From assembly GCA_947085185.1 (NCBI GenBank), contig CAMTVK010000017.1, positions 68,951 to 132,950 on the forward strand: a DNA stretch of 64,000 nt. The letters are read 5' to 3'. Source of the DNA: Candidatus Fraserbacteria bacterium. Its GTDB lineage: Bacteria; Bipolaricaulota; Bipolaricaulia; RBG-16-55-9; DRXL01. A program made the position numbers and the translations under genes. Shown piece by piece: positions 42,985 to 51,541 of this stretch (positions within the stretch are counted from its first letter, which is position 1; each line of letters begins with the position of its first letter). The notes beneath the pieces are model-generated. The model searched no databases. It saw only the letters and a list, made by a program, of their open reading frames with translations, and was not told where the DNA came from.

Positions 42985-44238
42985 ATGGAACTTCAACTCC
43001 CCAGGGGGATGCGGGATTTTTCGCCTGAAGAGAAGCTCCTTCGGGACGAGGTCGTCGCTCTTCTCAAAAGCACCTTCGAGCTGTACGGCTTCAGCCCGCT
43101 GGAGACTCCGGTCGTGGAGCGCTGGGAAGTGCTTTCGGCAAAATACTCCGGCGGCGAGGAGATTCTCAAGGAGACGTTCAGGCTCAAGGACCAAGGAGGT
43201 CGGGACTTGGGGCTGCGCTACGATCTGACAGTTCCATTGGCGCGGTTTGTCGGGATGAATCCCACGATCAAACGTCCGTTCAAGCGTTATCAGATCGGCA
43301 CGGTCTATCGCGACGGACCTATAAAGAAGGGCCGAACGAGAGAGTTCTATCAATGCGATGCGGATATTGTCGGGTCGAGTTCTCCTGTGGCCGACGCCGA
43401 ATGTGTGCAGTTGACGCTCGACGTCTTTGAGCGCTTAAAAATAGACGTGATCGTCAAGATCAATAACCGTACAGTGCTCTATGAGATGGCGCGGGCGGCT
43501 CAGATCCCAGAAGAGTTTTTTGAAGCAGCTGTTCTCTCTTTAGATAAATTGGAGAAGATCGGGCCCGACGCAGTACTGCGCGACATGACCGAACGCGGCA
43601 TTGCGCGCGCCAGCGCCGAACGCTTTCTCTGTGGTGCCCAAGACCCTGAAGCGCTCAAAAGCAGCGAGGGCTACCGTGAGCTGGAGCCAGTCTTGAGCTA
43701 TCTTCAAGATGCGCGTGTGGTGTGGACGCCCTCGCTGGCGCGCGGCTTGAGTTATTACACCGGGACAATCTACGAAGTCTACGCAAAGAATTCTTCAGTC
43801 ACGGGCTCTCTGGCAGCCGGCGGACGCTACGACAATATGATCGGGCAATTTCTGGGAGGACGTGAAAAAATCCCTGCGGTGGGCATCTCGTTTGGCTTAG
43901 AGCCTATTCTTGAAGTGCTCAAAGAGCAGGGTGATCTTCCCTTGCGCAAGACGGTCACCCAAGTCTATGTCATTCCGTTCAAGGGCTTGCTTGCTGAAGG
44001 ACGAGCGATCTGTCAGCAGTTGCGCCGCGCGGGAATCAAGACCGATATGGACTTTTCGGCAAAGGGCATCAGCGATGGGCTGAAGTACGCGAACGCTTAT
44101 GAGATTCCGTTCGTGGTCATCGTGGGCCATGACGAAGTCGCCGCGGGCAAGGTCAAGCTGAAAGATATGCGCACTGGAGAAGAGCGATTGCTCACTGTTG
44201 AAGAGATCACGAGCTTTATTGCAGGGCAATCAGCTTGA
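42985..44238 (+). CDS. hisS: Histidyl-tRNA synthetase
   Basis: PRGMRDF, LRYDLTVP, REFYQCD, RGLSYYTG, GGRYD. Confidence 0.96.
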   Translation: MELQLPRGMRDFSPEEKLLRDEVVALLKSTFELYGFSPLETPVVERWEVLSAKYSGGEEILKETFRLKDQGGRDLGLRYDLTVPLARFVGMNPTIKRPFKRYQIGTVYRDGPIKKGRTREFYQCDADIVGSSSPVADAECVQLTLDVFERLKIDVIVKINNRTVLYEMARAAQIPEEFFEAAVLSLDKLEKIGPDAVLRDMTERGIARASAERFLCGAQDPEALKSSEGYRELEPVLSYLQDARVVWTPSLARGLSYYTGTIYEVYAKNSSVTGSLAAGGRYDNMIGQFLGGREKIPAVGISFGLEPILEVLKEQGDLPLRKTVTQVYVIPFKGLLAEGRAICQQLRRAGIKTDMDFSAKGISDGLKYANAYEIPFVVIVGHDEVAAGKVKLKDMRTGEERLLTVEEITSFIAGQSA

Positions 44239-44793
44239 GAAGACTTCTGAGAGCGGGATGTTCAGCCCTTTGAACAGGGGTGATGTCAGCGTCTCATTCT
44301 CTTTGTACAGGGCGATGCGCTCGAAGCCCGTCTCTCCCAGCTTGAGCACTTCGATAGTCTTGCGCTCTGGGTCTACAAGCCAATATTCTGTGACGCCTGC
44401 GCGGGCGTAGAGCTTCTTCTTCACCGTGCGGTCGCGCTCAGCCGTTGCTGGCGAGAGGATTTCAACGACCAAGTCTGGTGCTCCCCGAATCGCTTCTTTA
44501 TGGATGATGTGCGAGCGCGCTGTTGCAATAAAAATAATATCGGGCTGAACGACGTTCTCGTCGTCTAGGACGACGTCCAACGGTGCATTGAGAACTTTTC
44601 CCAGCTTATGCTCGCGGACGAATTTCGCCAAAGCGAACTCGAGATTAGCCGAAATATCTTGGTGTTCAAACGTGGGCGATGGCACCATGAGCAGCTCCCC
44701 TTCGATCAATTCGTAGCGCTTGGTTTCGGACTCAGGGAGGTTCTTGTAGTCTTCATAGGTGAACTTGATGGTCGTCTTGGGCATCGGCATCAC
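44230..44793 (-). CDS. Uma2 family (PD-(D/E)XK) endonuclease
   Basis: YELIEGEL, VQPDI, GAPDLVVEILSP, EYWLVDP. Confidence 0.92.
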   Translation of the reverse strand: MMPMPKTTIKFTYEDYKNLPESETKRYELIEGELLMVPSPTFEHQDISANLEFALAKFVREHKLGKVLNAPLDVVLDDENVVQPDIIFIATARSHIIHKEAIRGAPDLVVEILSPATAERDRTVKKKLYARAGVTEYWLVDPERKTIEVLKLGETGFERIALYKENETLTSPLFKGLNIPLSEVFSS

Positions 44794-44806
44794 CAACGCT
44801 ATTATA

Positions 44807-46870
44807 CTAAAACTCCTCCCACTCGATCAGCGCGGGAAGTATGGGCAGGCCCTCGCTGTCGAACGAGACTGAGAGCCGACGCACTAATAAGCGCGTGCGC
44901 GCGTCGTCGGTCTTCATGCGCACTTGGTAGACGAACGTCGAGATCGTGTCGTTGGGACCAAGATGTCTGAAGAGTTCTGTCATGAACTTCACTTTCTCTA
45001 ACAGAATGGGCTTGCCACGGGCAGCGCGCTCGCGCGCGATCTGGAGTAATCTCAAGGCGTCGTCCACATACGTTGCGAACGTCTCGGCGAAGTCCTCGCG
45101 GTCGTTGGTGCGGGCGTAGTCGCTCACAAAATTATCTGGGTCTTTCCCGGAGCGCCGATGGAGCTCGCGCCAGCGCGCGTTCTGACTGCTGCTCACAAAG
45201 AGATCTTGTACTGCATGGCCCATCTCGTGAATGAACACGAACGAGAGCGTGCGACGCAGCATCGGTCCAAAGAGATTGATCTGTCCGTTTCCCGTGTACG
45301 TCCCGGCGACGCGCTCGTCTGGGGGGTTGTTCGTGATGGATGTGACGGTGCGACGAATCTCTGTGGGCATGGCTCGCAGGGACGAATAGAGCACAGCGCA
45401 TTGCGTGTCACTGAACGGCGGGGCATCGGGCGTATTATCGAGCAAGATCCCGAACTCATCGGTGATATCTTTACAGTTCCCTTGGCGGACCGGGACAGAG
45501 ATCTGGGGGATGACGAGCGCATTCGTGGGCCCGCGGTTCTCGACGACGGCGCGCCAGCGCGTCCCTAAAGTGACTGTCTCGGCAGGGACGTCCACGGTAG
45601 CCGAGAGCACAGCAGAGCCGTAGACACGGGCGTAAGGCATCTCTTGTCCTGGACCAAAGAGCGAGAGCACAAGAGAAGCGTCTTGAGTGAGCGTGAGTGC
45701 TTGGGCTTTGAGACGCCCTGGCTGAGTGACGACAAATGAGAGCGTAACTGACTCTCCTGGTCTGACGATCACCGGCGGCGATGGCTCTTCTGGGTTCACG
45801 GAGTAAGACAAGTCGGGTGAAGAAGCGGCTTGGAGTGTCATCGCTGTTCCGCACAGAGACTGGGTGTTTTCGGAAAGCTCAAGCTCGGCAGTTGACACGG
45901 CAAGCCACGCGCCATCTCCCACGAAGACGCCGCAGCTTTGGCTGCGCGTGATCGTGTTGGCTCTTAAAGAGACGCGCCCTGACTCGAAGAAGAGCCCGTG
46001 CCCTTGGCTGCCCGTTATGGTGTTCTCGGCGAGGGAGACCTGAGCGCCGTCGGCGACCCAGACTCCATGGCCGTATTGATTATCACTATCTGTGAGAGTC
46101 TCAGAGATCGTATTGCCCTGGATTTCAGCGCGAGATTCTTCGGTGACGAAGATCCCTGCGCGCACGTTGTTTTTCAGAGTATTGCTAAGCACGACGGCTT
46201 GGGAGGGGACATCGGGGGAATTGACCCAATTGGGCCAGACCTCGATGCCGTAATATCTATTCTCTTCGAAGGTGTTGCCCTCGATGTGAGCGACGGCGCT
46301 CAGCAAGCGGAGCCCGCTGTGGGCATTGCGCGCTATAAAATTCTTTAAGACTTGGGCATTCTTGTCGCCGTTGAGGATGATGCCGTTACCGAGAACGTTG
46401 CCCTCGTCCGGAGCGGTGTCGAAGATCTTATTCTCGAGGATTTGCGTGCCTTGGGAGTTGTCTGTGACCAAGATCCCCTGGCGCCGGTTTTTCTGAATAA
46501 TATTGTTTTTGATGATGACGTTGTGGCTGCGTTCGATTTGAATACCCCGGCGCCCGCCGGTGATCTCGAGATTGTGAATGACGACGTCGCGGGTGCGCTG
46601 AATCAAAATCGTTGGTGCACTGCGGGCGCGCGAGCCGTCCACGATCACCCCAGGGCCGGTGCCGCGCAGCTCGAGGCTCTTACGGATCGTGAGATTCTCT
46701 TTGTACGTGCCGGGAGCTACCACAATGAGATCGCCTGCTTGGGCGGCGTTGATGGCAGCTTGGATAGTCTGATAATCTTTGGGAACTTCGATGGTGTTAG
46801 CGAAGACCCACGGGGCGACTCCGGCTACGACGAGGGCTCCGATACTGACAAGCAGCCAGGCTTTGCGCAT
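44807..46870 (-). CDS. Secreted beta-helix protein fused to Zn-metallopeptidase domain
   Basis: SD AAGGAGG, signal peptide, beta-helix repeats, HEMGH and YARTNDREDFAETF. Confidence 0.8.
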   Translation of the reverse strand: MRKAWLLVSIGALVVAGVAPWVFANTIEVPKDYQTIQAAINAAQAGDLIVVAPGTYKENLTIRKSLELRGTGPGVIVDGSRARSAPTILIQRTRDVVIHNLEITGGRRGIQIERSHNVIIKNNIIQKNRRQGILVTDNSQGTQILENKIFDTAPDEGNVLGNGIILNGDKNAQVLKNFIARNAHSGLRLLSAVAHIEGNTFEENRYYGIEVWPNWVNSPDVPSQAVVLSNTLKNNVRAGIFVTEESRAEIQGNTISETLTDSDNQYGHGVWVADGAQVSLAENTITGSQGHGLFFESGRVSLRANTITRSQSCGVFVGDGAWLAVSTAELELSENTQSLCGTAMTLQAASSPDLSYSVNPEEPSPPVIVRPGESVTLSFVVTQPGRLKAQALTLTQDASLVLSLFGPGQEMPYARVYGSAVLSATVDVPAETVTLGTRWRAVVENRGPTNALVIPQISVPVRQGNCKDITDEFGILLDNTPDAPPFSDTQCAVLYSSLRAMPTEIRRTVTSITNNPPDERVAGTYTGNGQINLFGPMLRRTLSFVFIHEMGHAVQDLFVSSSQNARWRELHRRSGKDPDNFVSDYARTNDREDFAETFATYVDDALRLLQIARERAARGKPILLEKVKFMTELFRHLGPNDTISTFVYQVRMKTDDARTRLLVRRLSVSFDSEGLPILPALIEWEEF

Positions 46871-46953
46871 AGATCCTCCTTTAGTATCGAGCATTATATG
46901 CTTCACCAGAGAATGAGTCAAGCGAGCTCGTGAGGCGTCAGGACCTCGAAGAC

Positions 46954-46982
46954 TTGACAAATCCCGAGAAATATGCTATAAA
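46954..46982 (+). promoter_or_regulatory. cas operon promoter
   Basis: TTGACA-17-TATAAA with TGn extension. Confidence 0.6.
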
Positions 46983-47016
46983 CATCCCACGGCCCGGCAA
47001 TCAAGGGGTGTTATGT

Positions 47017-47802
47017 ATGAGATTGCTTATAACACTCAGACCGGGCCAGATCCCTTGCACCATCCCGTTCGCCTATGCCCATAGCCTCGCCGCAGTCATC
47101 TATGGCTTCCTGCAACGATCCTCCCACGACTACGCACGCTTCCTCCACGACGAGGGCTATCGCTCTGGAACGAAACGCTTTAAGCTCTTCACCTTCTCCC
47201 AACTGCTCATCAAAGAGCGCGCCGTCACTCCCCAAGGGCTCCTCTGCCAGTCCGAAGAGCTCTGCTGGCAGATCTCCTCGCCGATCTGTGAGTTTGTGGA
47301 GCACTTGGCCCAGGGGCTGCTCAGCTCCCCGCAGATGTCCATAGGTCGGCAAGTCTTTTTCGTGGAGCGCGTTGCGGTCCTGCCTGTGCCCAAGTTCACC
47401 GAGACTCTCCACGTGCGGTGTCTATCGCCGGTGGTGGCCTCGGTCGCACAGCTGCGGGATGGGCAGATGCAGGCGCACTATCTGCGTGCCGACGATCCAC
47501 GGCTTGCGGTGGCACTGCGGGAGAACCTCATCAGAAAATTTCTTGTGGTCTATGGGCGCCGGCCCAGCTGGAGCGAGTTTTCTCTGGAATTTGACCGAGA
47601 ATATCTGCGACGGAAGGGGGAGGGGATCTATCGGGTAGTGGACTACAAGGGCACGAGGATTAAGGCGATTATGGCGCCGTTTCGTGTGTGGGGGAGTCCG
47701 GAGCTGATCGCGATGGGGTACGAGGCAGGCTTTGGGGAGAAGAACTCGATGGGGTTTGGCATGGTGGAGGCGGTGCAGGATGACGACACCAATGAAAGAT
47801 AA
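47017..47802 (+). CDS. cas6: CRISPR endoribonuclease Cas6
   Basis: LHDEGY, FKLFTFS, G-rich loop GFGEKNSMGFGMV. Confidence 0.95.
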   Translation: MRLLITLRPGQIPCTIPFAYAHSLAAVIYGFLQRSSHDYARFLHDEGYRSGTKRFKLFTFSQLLIKERAVTPQGLLCQSEELCWQISSPICEFVEHLAQGLLSSPQMSIGRQVFFVERVAVLPVPKFTETLHVRCLSPVVASVAQLRDGQMQAHYLRADDPRLAVALRENLIRKFLVVYGRRPSWSEFSLEFDREYLRRKGEGIYRVVDYKGTRIKAIMAPFRVWGSPELIAMGYEAGFGEKNSMGFGMVEAVQDDDTNER

Positions 47803-47967
47803 GATCACTCTGATGGCAATAAGGGTGAGCGGCGTCTTAGGGGACCAGGCGGAGAAAAAGGGCTACTTTGGAGCAAGTGAGGGAACAGGCAGGCAAGGGC
47901 AACGAGTTGATCCTAACGGGCAAGCGCCCGTATGGCTCTATTTGCCCATCGGGTGGAATGAGCAGCG

Positions 47968-49677
47968 ATGAGCAGTATACACTGGACAGGACACCTGTTC
48001 GTAGATGCTGGGCTGGCGGCGATCGCGGCGGTCGCAAAGGTCCAGCGACTTGAGGATTTGACCCCAGGGCACTTGCACACAGCCGCACAGGAACTCGAGC
48101 GCGTGCTCCTGAGTGATCAAGCTCTAGGAGTTGGAGTTGAACGGGCGTTTGCCAGAAGCGCTCTGTCCCAGCTCTTCCCCAACAGCGAGCTGGTCAATAA
48201 CTCGAACTGGAAAGGTAGCACACCAGAAGAAAAGGTAGCTGCTGTACGGAAGAAGTTTCGGGAAAGCCTCCATCGAGATCTAGCGCGCGCCATCGCGTGC
48301 CTGAGCCAAGAGGGGAGTGCCTCGTGCTCCTTTTGTGGCAGGCTTGTGCCCGAGGAAGCTGTGTGTCCAATGCGCAAGGACAAGGTTCCTCTCCTCGTGG
48401 GCATCGTCAACTTCTACCCGGCTTTTTCCTGGGGTGTGCAGGCTTGTGGGCTCTGTGCCTTCGCCATCCGCTTCCTACCCCTGGCGGTCTTGGGCGCAGC
48501 CAGACGCGATCGCCTCTGGCTTCTCCATACGCAGACGCTGCCTGTTGTGACTGCCATAGCCGAGCGATACGGCTGGCAGCATTTCAACAGGGCTATCTCG
48601 GCCAACAAAGTACTGGAATTTTACCGAAAATGGCAAACCGCAGGAGATGCCGCGGTCGTGCTGTACCTCCTTTGCGAGCTTTTAGAGACACTTGGAGATC
48701 ATCTCCGGACGATCTACCAGAATCCGCTCCCGACGACGGCCTATGTGTTTTCCAACGACAACCAAAAGCCTTTTGTGCAAACGCTTCCGATACCGCATGA
48801 GGTGCTGAGTTTTCTTGCTGTCTTGCAGATACACTCAGCTCGCGCTTTCCAGCGTTTCTGGAAAGAGCTTCTGTATCTGCCAGAAGCGCTTGAGGGCAAA
48901 GCTCGCAAAGAACGTGGGAACTTCATCCAAGGTGTGGCAAGCAGCCTGCTCCAAGGGAAAGGCATAATCGGTACGTGCTTGCAGCACGGAGAAGGAGAAG
49001 AGGCTCCAGCCCTTCGGGGTGGGTGGATTGGACATCGGTTGTATCTTCGGGAGGTGCAGAACATGCCAGAGAGCAAGTTAGCGATCCTGGAACGGCTTGG
49101 ACTATCGATTGCGCAGGATGCGGATGCCAAAAAGCGCACCATCGAGCTTCGACAAGCAAAATCCAATGAGCTCTACGGCATCTTCTTGCGCTACGTACGG
49201 GAGGGATGGCTTCGGCACGATGAGTTTTATCTGCTCTTGCCGCCCAACGATTACAGGTCCGCCAGCGAATTGCGGGACATTGTTCTGGCAGTGATCTACG
49301 AATGGCAGCATTGTCAGGAGCGGGGTGAGGAATTCCCGCCTTCTGCTACAGAGGCAGGGGTGCCCACGCCTGATGAAACCTTGCAGTGCATCCAAAAGGT
49401 TGGTAGCCAGCTCCGTGAGCGGCTCCCGAATCTCTCGCGGTGGATCGGGCAGCTTCAAACGGCTCGGACTGTGGACCGCATTCGCGCCGTGTATCTTACC
49501 GCCGTGCGGAGCGGTGCCCTCGGCTTTTCCGATTTCGTCTTTCTGGCGCCGCTGGGGGACCGACAGCAACTCTGGCTCCTGCGAGACTACCTTTTAGCGT
49601 TCCTCTTCGAGCAGGTACGAGAAGCCCTTCCTGCCGAAGAGGAGATCGCCATGAGCTTCGAAGCAAATGAAACCTAA
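47968..49677 (+). CDS. cas8b: Type I-B large subunit Cas8b (Cst1-like)
   Basis: WTGHLFVDAGL, FPNS..N, two CxxC pairs, NFY; position between cas6 and cas7. Confidence 0.82.
   Translation: MSSIHWTGHLFVDAGLAAIAAVAKVQRLEDLTPGHLHTAAQELERVLLSDQALGVGVERAFARSALSQLFPNSELVNNSNWKGSTPEEKVAAVRKKFRESLHRDLARAIACLSQEGSASCSFCGRLVPEEAVCPMRKDKVPLLVGIVNFYPAFSWGVQACGLCAFAIRFLPLAVLGAARRDRLWLLHTQTLPVVTAIAERYGWQHFNRAISANKVLEFYRKWQTAGDAAVVLYLLCELLETLGDHLRTIYQNPLPTTAYVFSNDNQKPFVQTLPIPHEVLSFLAVLQIHSARAFQRFWKELLYLPEALEGKARKERGNFIQGVASSLLQGKGIIGTCLQHGEGEEAPALRGGWIGHRLYLREVQNMPESKLAILERLGLSIAQDADAKKRTIELRQAKSNELYGIFLRYVREGWLRHDEFYLLLPPNDYRSASELRDIVLAVIYEWQHCQERGEEFPPSATEAGVPTPDETLQCIQKVGSQLRERLPNLSRWIGQLQTARTVDRIRAVYLTAVRSGALGFSDFVFLAPLGDRQQLWLLRDYLLAFLFEQVREALPAEEEIAMSFEANET
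49063..49677 (+). CDS. cas11: Putative internally translated Cas11 small subunit (204 aa, two tandem units)
   Basis: GGAGGTG-6nt-ATG in frame within cas8b (codon 366). Confidence 0.65.
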   Translation: MPESKLAILERLGLSIAQDADAKKRTIELRQAKSNELYGIFLRYVREGWLRHDEFYLLLPPNDYRSASELRDIVLAVIYEWQHCQERGEEFPPSATEAGVPTPDETLQCIQKVGSQLRERLPNLSRWIGQLQTARTVDRIRAVYLTAVRSGALGFSDFVFLAPLGDRQQLWLLRDYLLAFLFEQVREALPAEEEIAMSFEANET

Positions 49678-49694
49678 AATGGGAGGTACATACT

Positions 49695-50816
49695 ATGGCG
49701 TATCCCATTTTGACCGGGGCTGTGCTGATTGAAGCGAACGGCGCGGCTTTGAACAACGCCGGGCAGGATGAAGGCGTGCGCGTGGATAATGCGATCGTCG
49801 TCAAACAAGTTCGCATCGGGCGCCTGCGCTTCCCGTATGTGTCAGGACAGGCATGGAGGCGATGGTGGCGCGAGGTGCTCTATGCCGACTTAGGATGGAC
49901 GCCCAGTGAGGTGACCCGCGAGGCAAAAAGCGCTTACACCAAAGGAGATCCGATCGTGTACGAAGAAGACGATCTTTTCGGCTACATGGCGGCGCGCAAG
50001 CGCGCCCGAGGGCGGAAGCGCGGGGCAGAAGAAGGCGAAGAAGCCCCAGAAGGAGCGACGGGCACGAATCGCCGCATTTCTCCACTCAAAAACAGTCTCC
50101 TGATCTCGGTTTTGCCCAACGTCATCACAAACGATTTCGGGCATTTCTCCCGGAATCTTCCGCCGGATACCGATATCATTCCCTTCGAATCCGAGCACTA
50201 CACGACATATCTCCAGGGAGTGTTTACCCTCTCGCTTTCTGACGTGGGGCGATTCATCGTCGGTGAAATGGCCGATCTCTCAGAAGACATTTTGAGTGCC
50301 CATCAAGCGGATCTCCAGCAGGATGGAGGCAACAACCGAGTGTACTGGCTGCCGAAGGAAAAGCGTATTCAGCGTGTCCAAGACGTCATTCGGGCTCTTG
50401 CGCGCCTGCGCGGTGGAGCTCATCTGGCCCGCAACTTGTCCGATGTCGCACCGGTCATCGTGCTTGTCGGCTTCCTGGATGGCGGCAATGCACCGTTCCA
50501 GCGGCTCTTTGAGCCTGATGAGAGTGGGGAACGCGTGCGGCTGGATCTGGATCGCCTGCGCTCGGTGCTGAGCGATTACGAAGACCGGATCTTAGCCCAG
50601 AGAGATGCCCGGGAAGGCGACCAGAACGGGAAAGCGCTCTTTTTCGGCTACCGACCGGGCGTGCTGGCAAACGAACGAGATGTACTGTCGGCTCTGAAAC
50701 CGGATTCTGAGGATTCGCTTTTGAGCCGACGCATAGAGGTTGCGGGCACGCCACAACAGGCACTGGAGAAAGCAGCGGAGTTCGTTCCTAAGGTTTTTGA
50801 AACTGATCTAGCTTAA
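49695..50816 (+). CDS. cas7: Type I-B Cas7 (Cst2/DevR-like)
   Basis: ALNNAG, PYVSGQAWRRWWR, DDLFGYM, RISPL. Confidence 0.92.
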   Translation: MAYPILTGAVLIEANGAALNNAGQDEGVRVDNAIVVKQVRIGRLRFPYVSGQAWRRWWREVLYADLGWTPSEVTREAKSAYTKGDPIVYEEDDLFGYMAARKRARGRKRGAEEGEEAPEGATGTNRRISPLKNSLLISVLPNVITNDFGHFSRNLPPDTDIIPFESEHYTTYLQGVFTLSLSDVGRFIVGEMADLSEDILSAHQADLQQDGGNNRVYWLPKEKRIQRVQDVIRALARLRGGAHLARNLSDVAPVIVLVGFLDGGNAPFQRLFEPDESGERVRLDLDRLRSVLSDYEDRILAQRDAREGDQNGKALFFGYRPGVLANERDVLSALKPDSEDSLLSRRIEVAGTPQQALEKAAEFVPKVFETDLA

Positions 50817-50827
50817 ATTGGCGGCAG

Positions 50828-51541
50828 ATGATGTTAGACGCTATCCGGGTAACATTGATTGCTTATACCGCTTCGTTTCGGGTTCCCCATTTTGTGGGGC
50901 ATCAGCTCACGCTGCCCGTTCCGCCGCTTTCGACCGTGTATGGACTCCTGTCTGCGGCGGCGGGCCACTGGGTGATGCCCAACGATGTCGAATGGCTCGC
51001 CTACCGGTTCGTGTACGAGGAGAAAGCTAGGGATTTGGAAGCGATTCTGACCGTGGACCGGTCCAAGCCTGAGGATACGCCACGCTTTGCTGCCCGCAAT
51101 GTCCTGCCCAGAGAGTTTCTGGTTATGCCGCGCCTTTTTGTGTATCTTCCGCCCCAGTGGGAAGGGGTTTTCCGCCGTCCGCGCTATTCCTTGCTTTTGG
51201 GACGAACGCAGGATGTGGCCTCGGTTGAGGAAATAGGTGTCGTCAAGCTGGAGTCTGTGGCGAGCGGGGTAGTGAGTGGCGTCCTTTTGCCTTTTGAGCT
51301 TGTGGCGAGAGGACGCGTGCCGGCATGGCTTCAGAATCTCCCGGTAGCTTTCACAAATGAGCCGCTGCGCCGTGCTGTTCGGATGCACGTCTTTGGCATC
51401 GTGGATGCTCATCGCCACGGAGAGGTGCACGACGGCGATGGTTGGCTGTTCAGGGACATGGAGAGCGGTATCACTGTTCCTCTCTACCAAAAGGAGTGGG
51501 TTCTTTATGGCGGTTCCGGAGCCTCTGGCAAAGTCGCGTGA
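50828..51541 (+). CDS. cas5: Type I-B Cas5
   Basis: TASFR.P...TLPVPPLSTVYGLLSAA, LLGRTQD. Confidence 0.92.
   Translation: MMLDAIRVTLIAYTASFRVPHFVGHQLTLPVPPLSTVYGLLSAAAGHWVMPNDVEWLAYRFVYEEKARDLEAILTVDRSKPEDTPRFAARNVLPREFLVMPRLFVYLPPQWEGVFRRPRYSLLLGRTQDVASVEEIGVVKLESVASGVVSGVLLPFELVARGRVPAWLQNLPVAFTNEPLRRAVRMHVFGIVDAHRHGEVHDGDGWLFRDMESGITVPLYQKEWVLYGGSGASGKVA

Noticed and set aside
46925..46945. Match of the putative 53842 spacer to cas promoters (GCCTCA here, CCTCA near 56417)
   Set aside because: Only 5-6 nt in register; expected by chance
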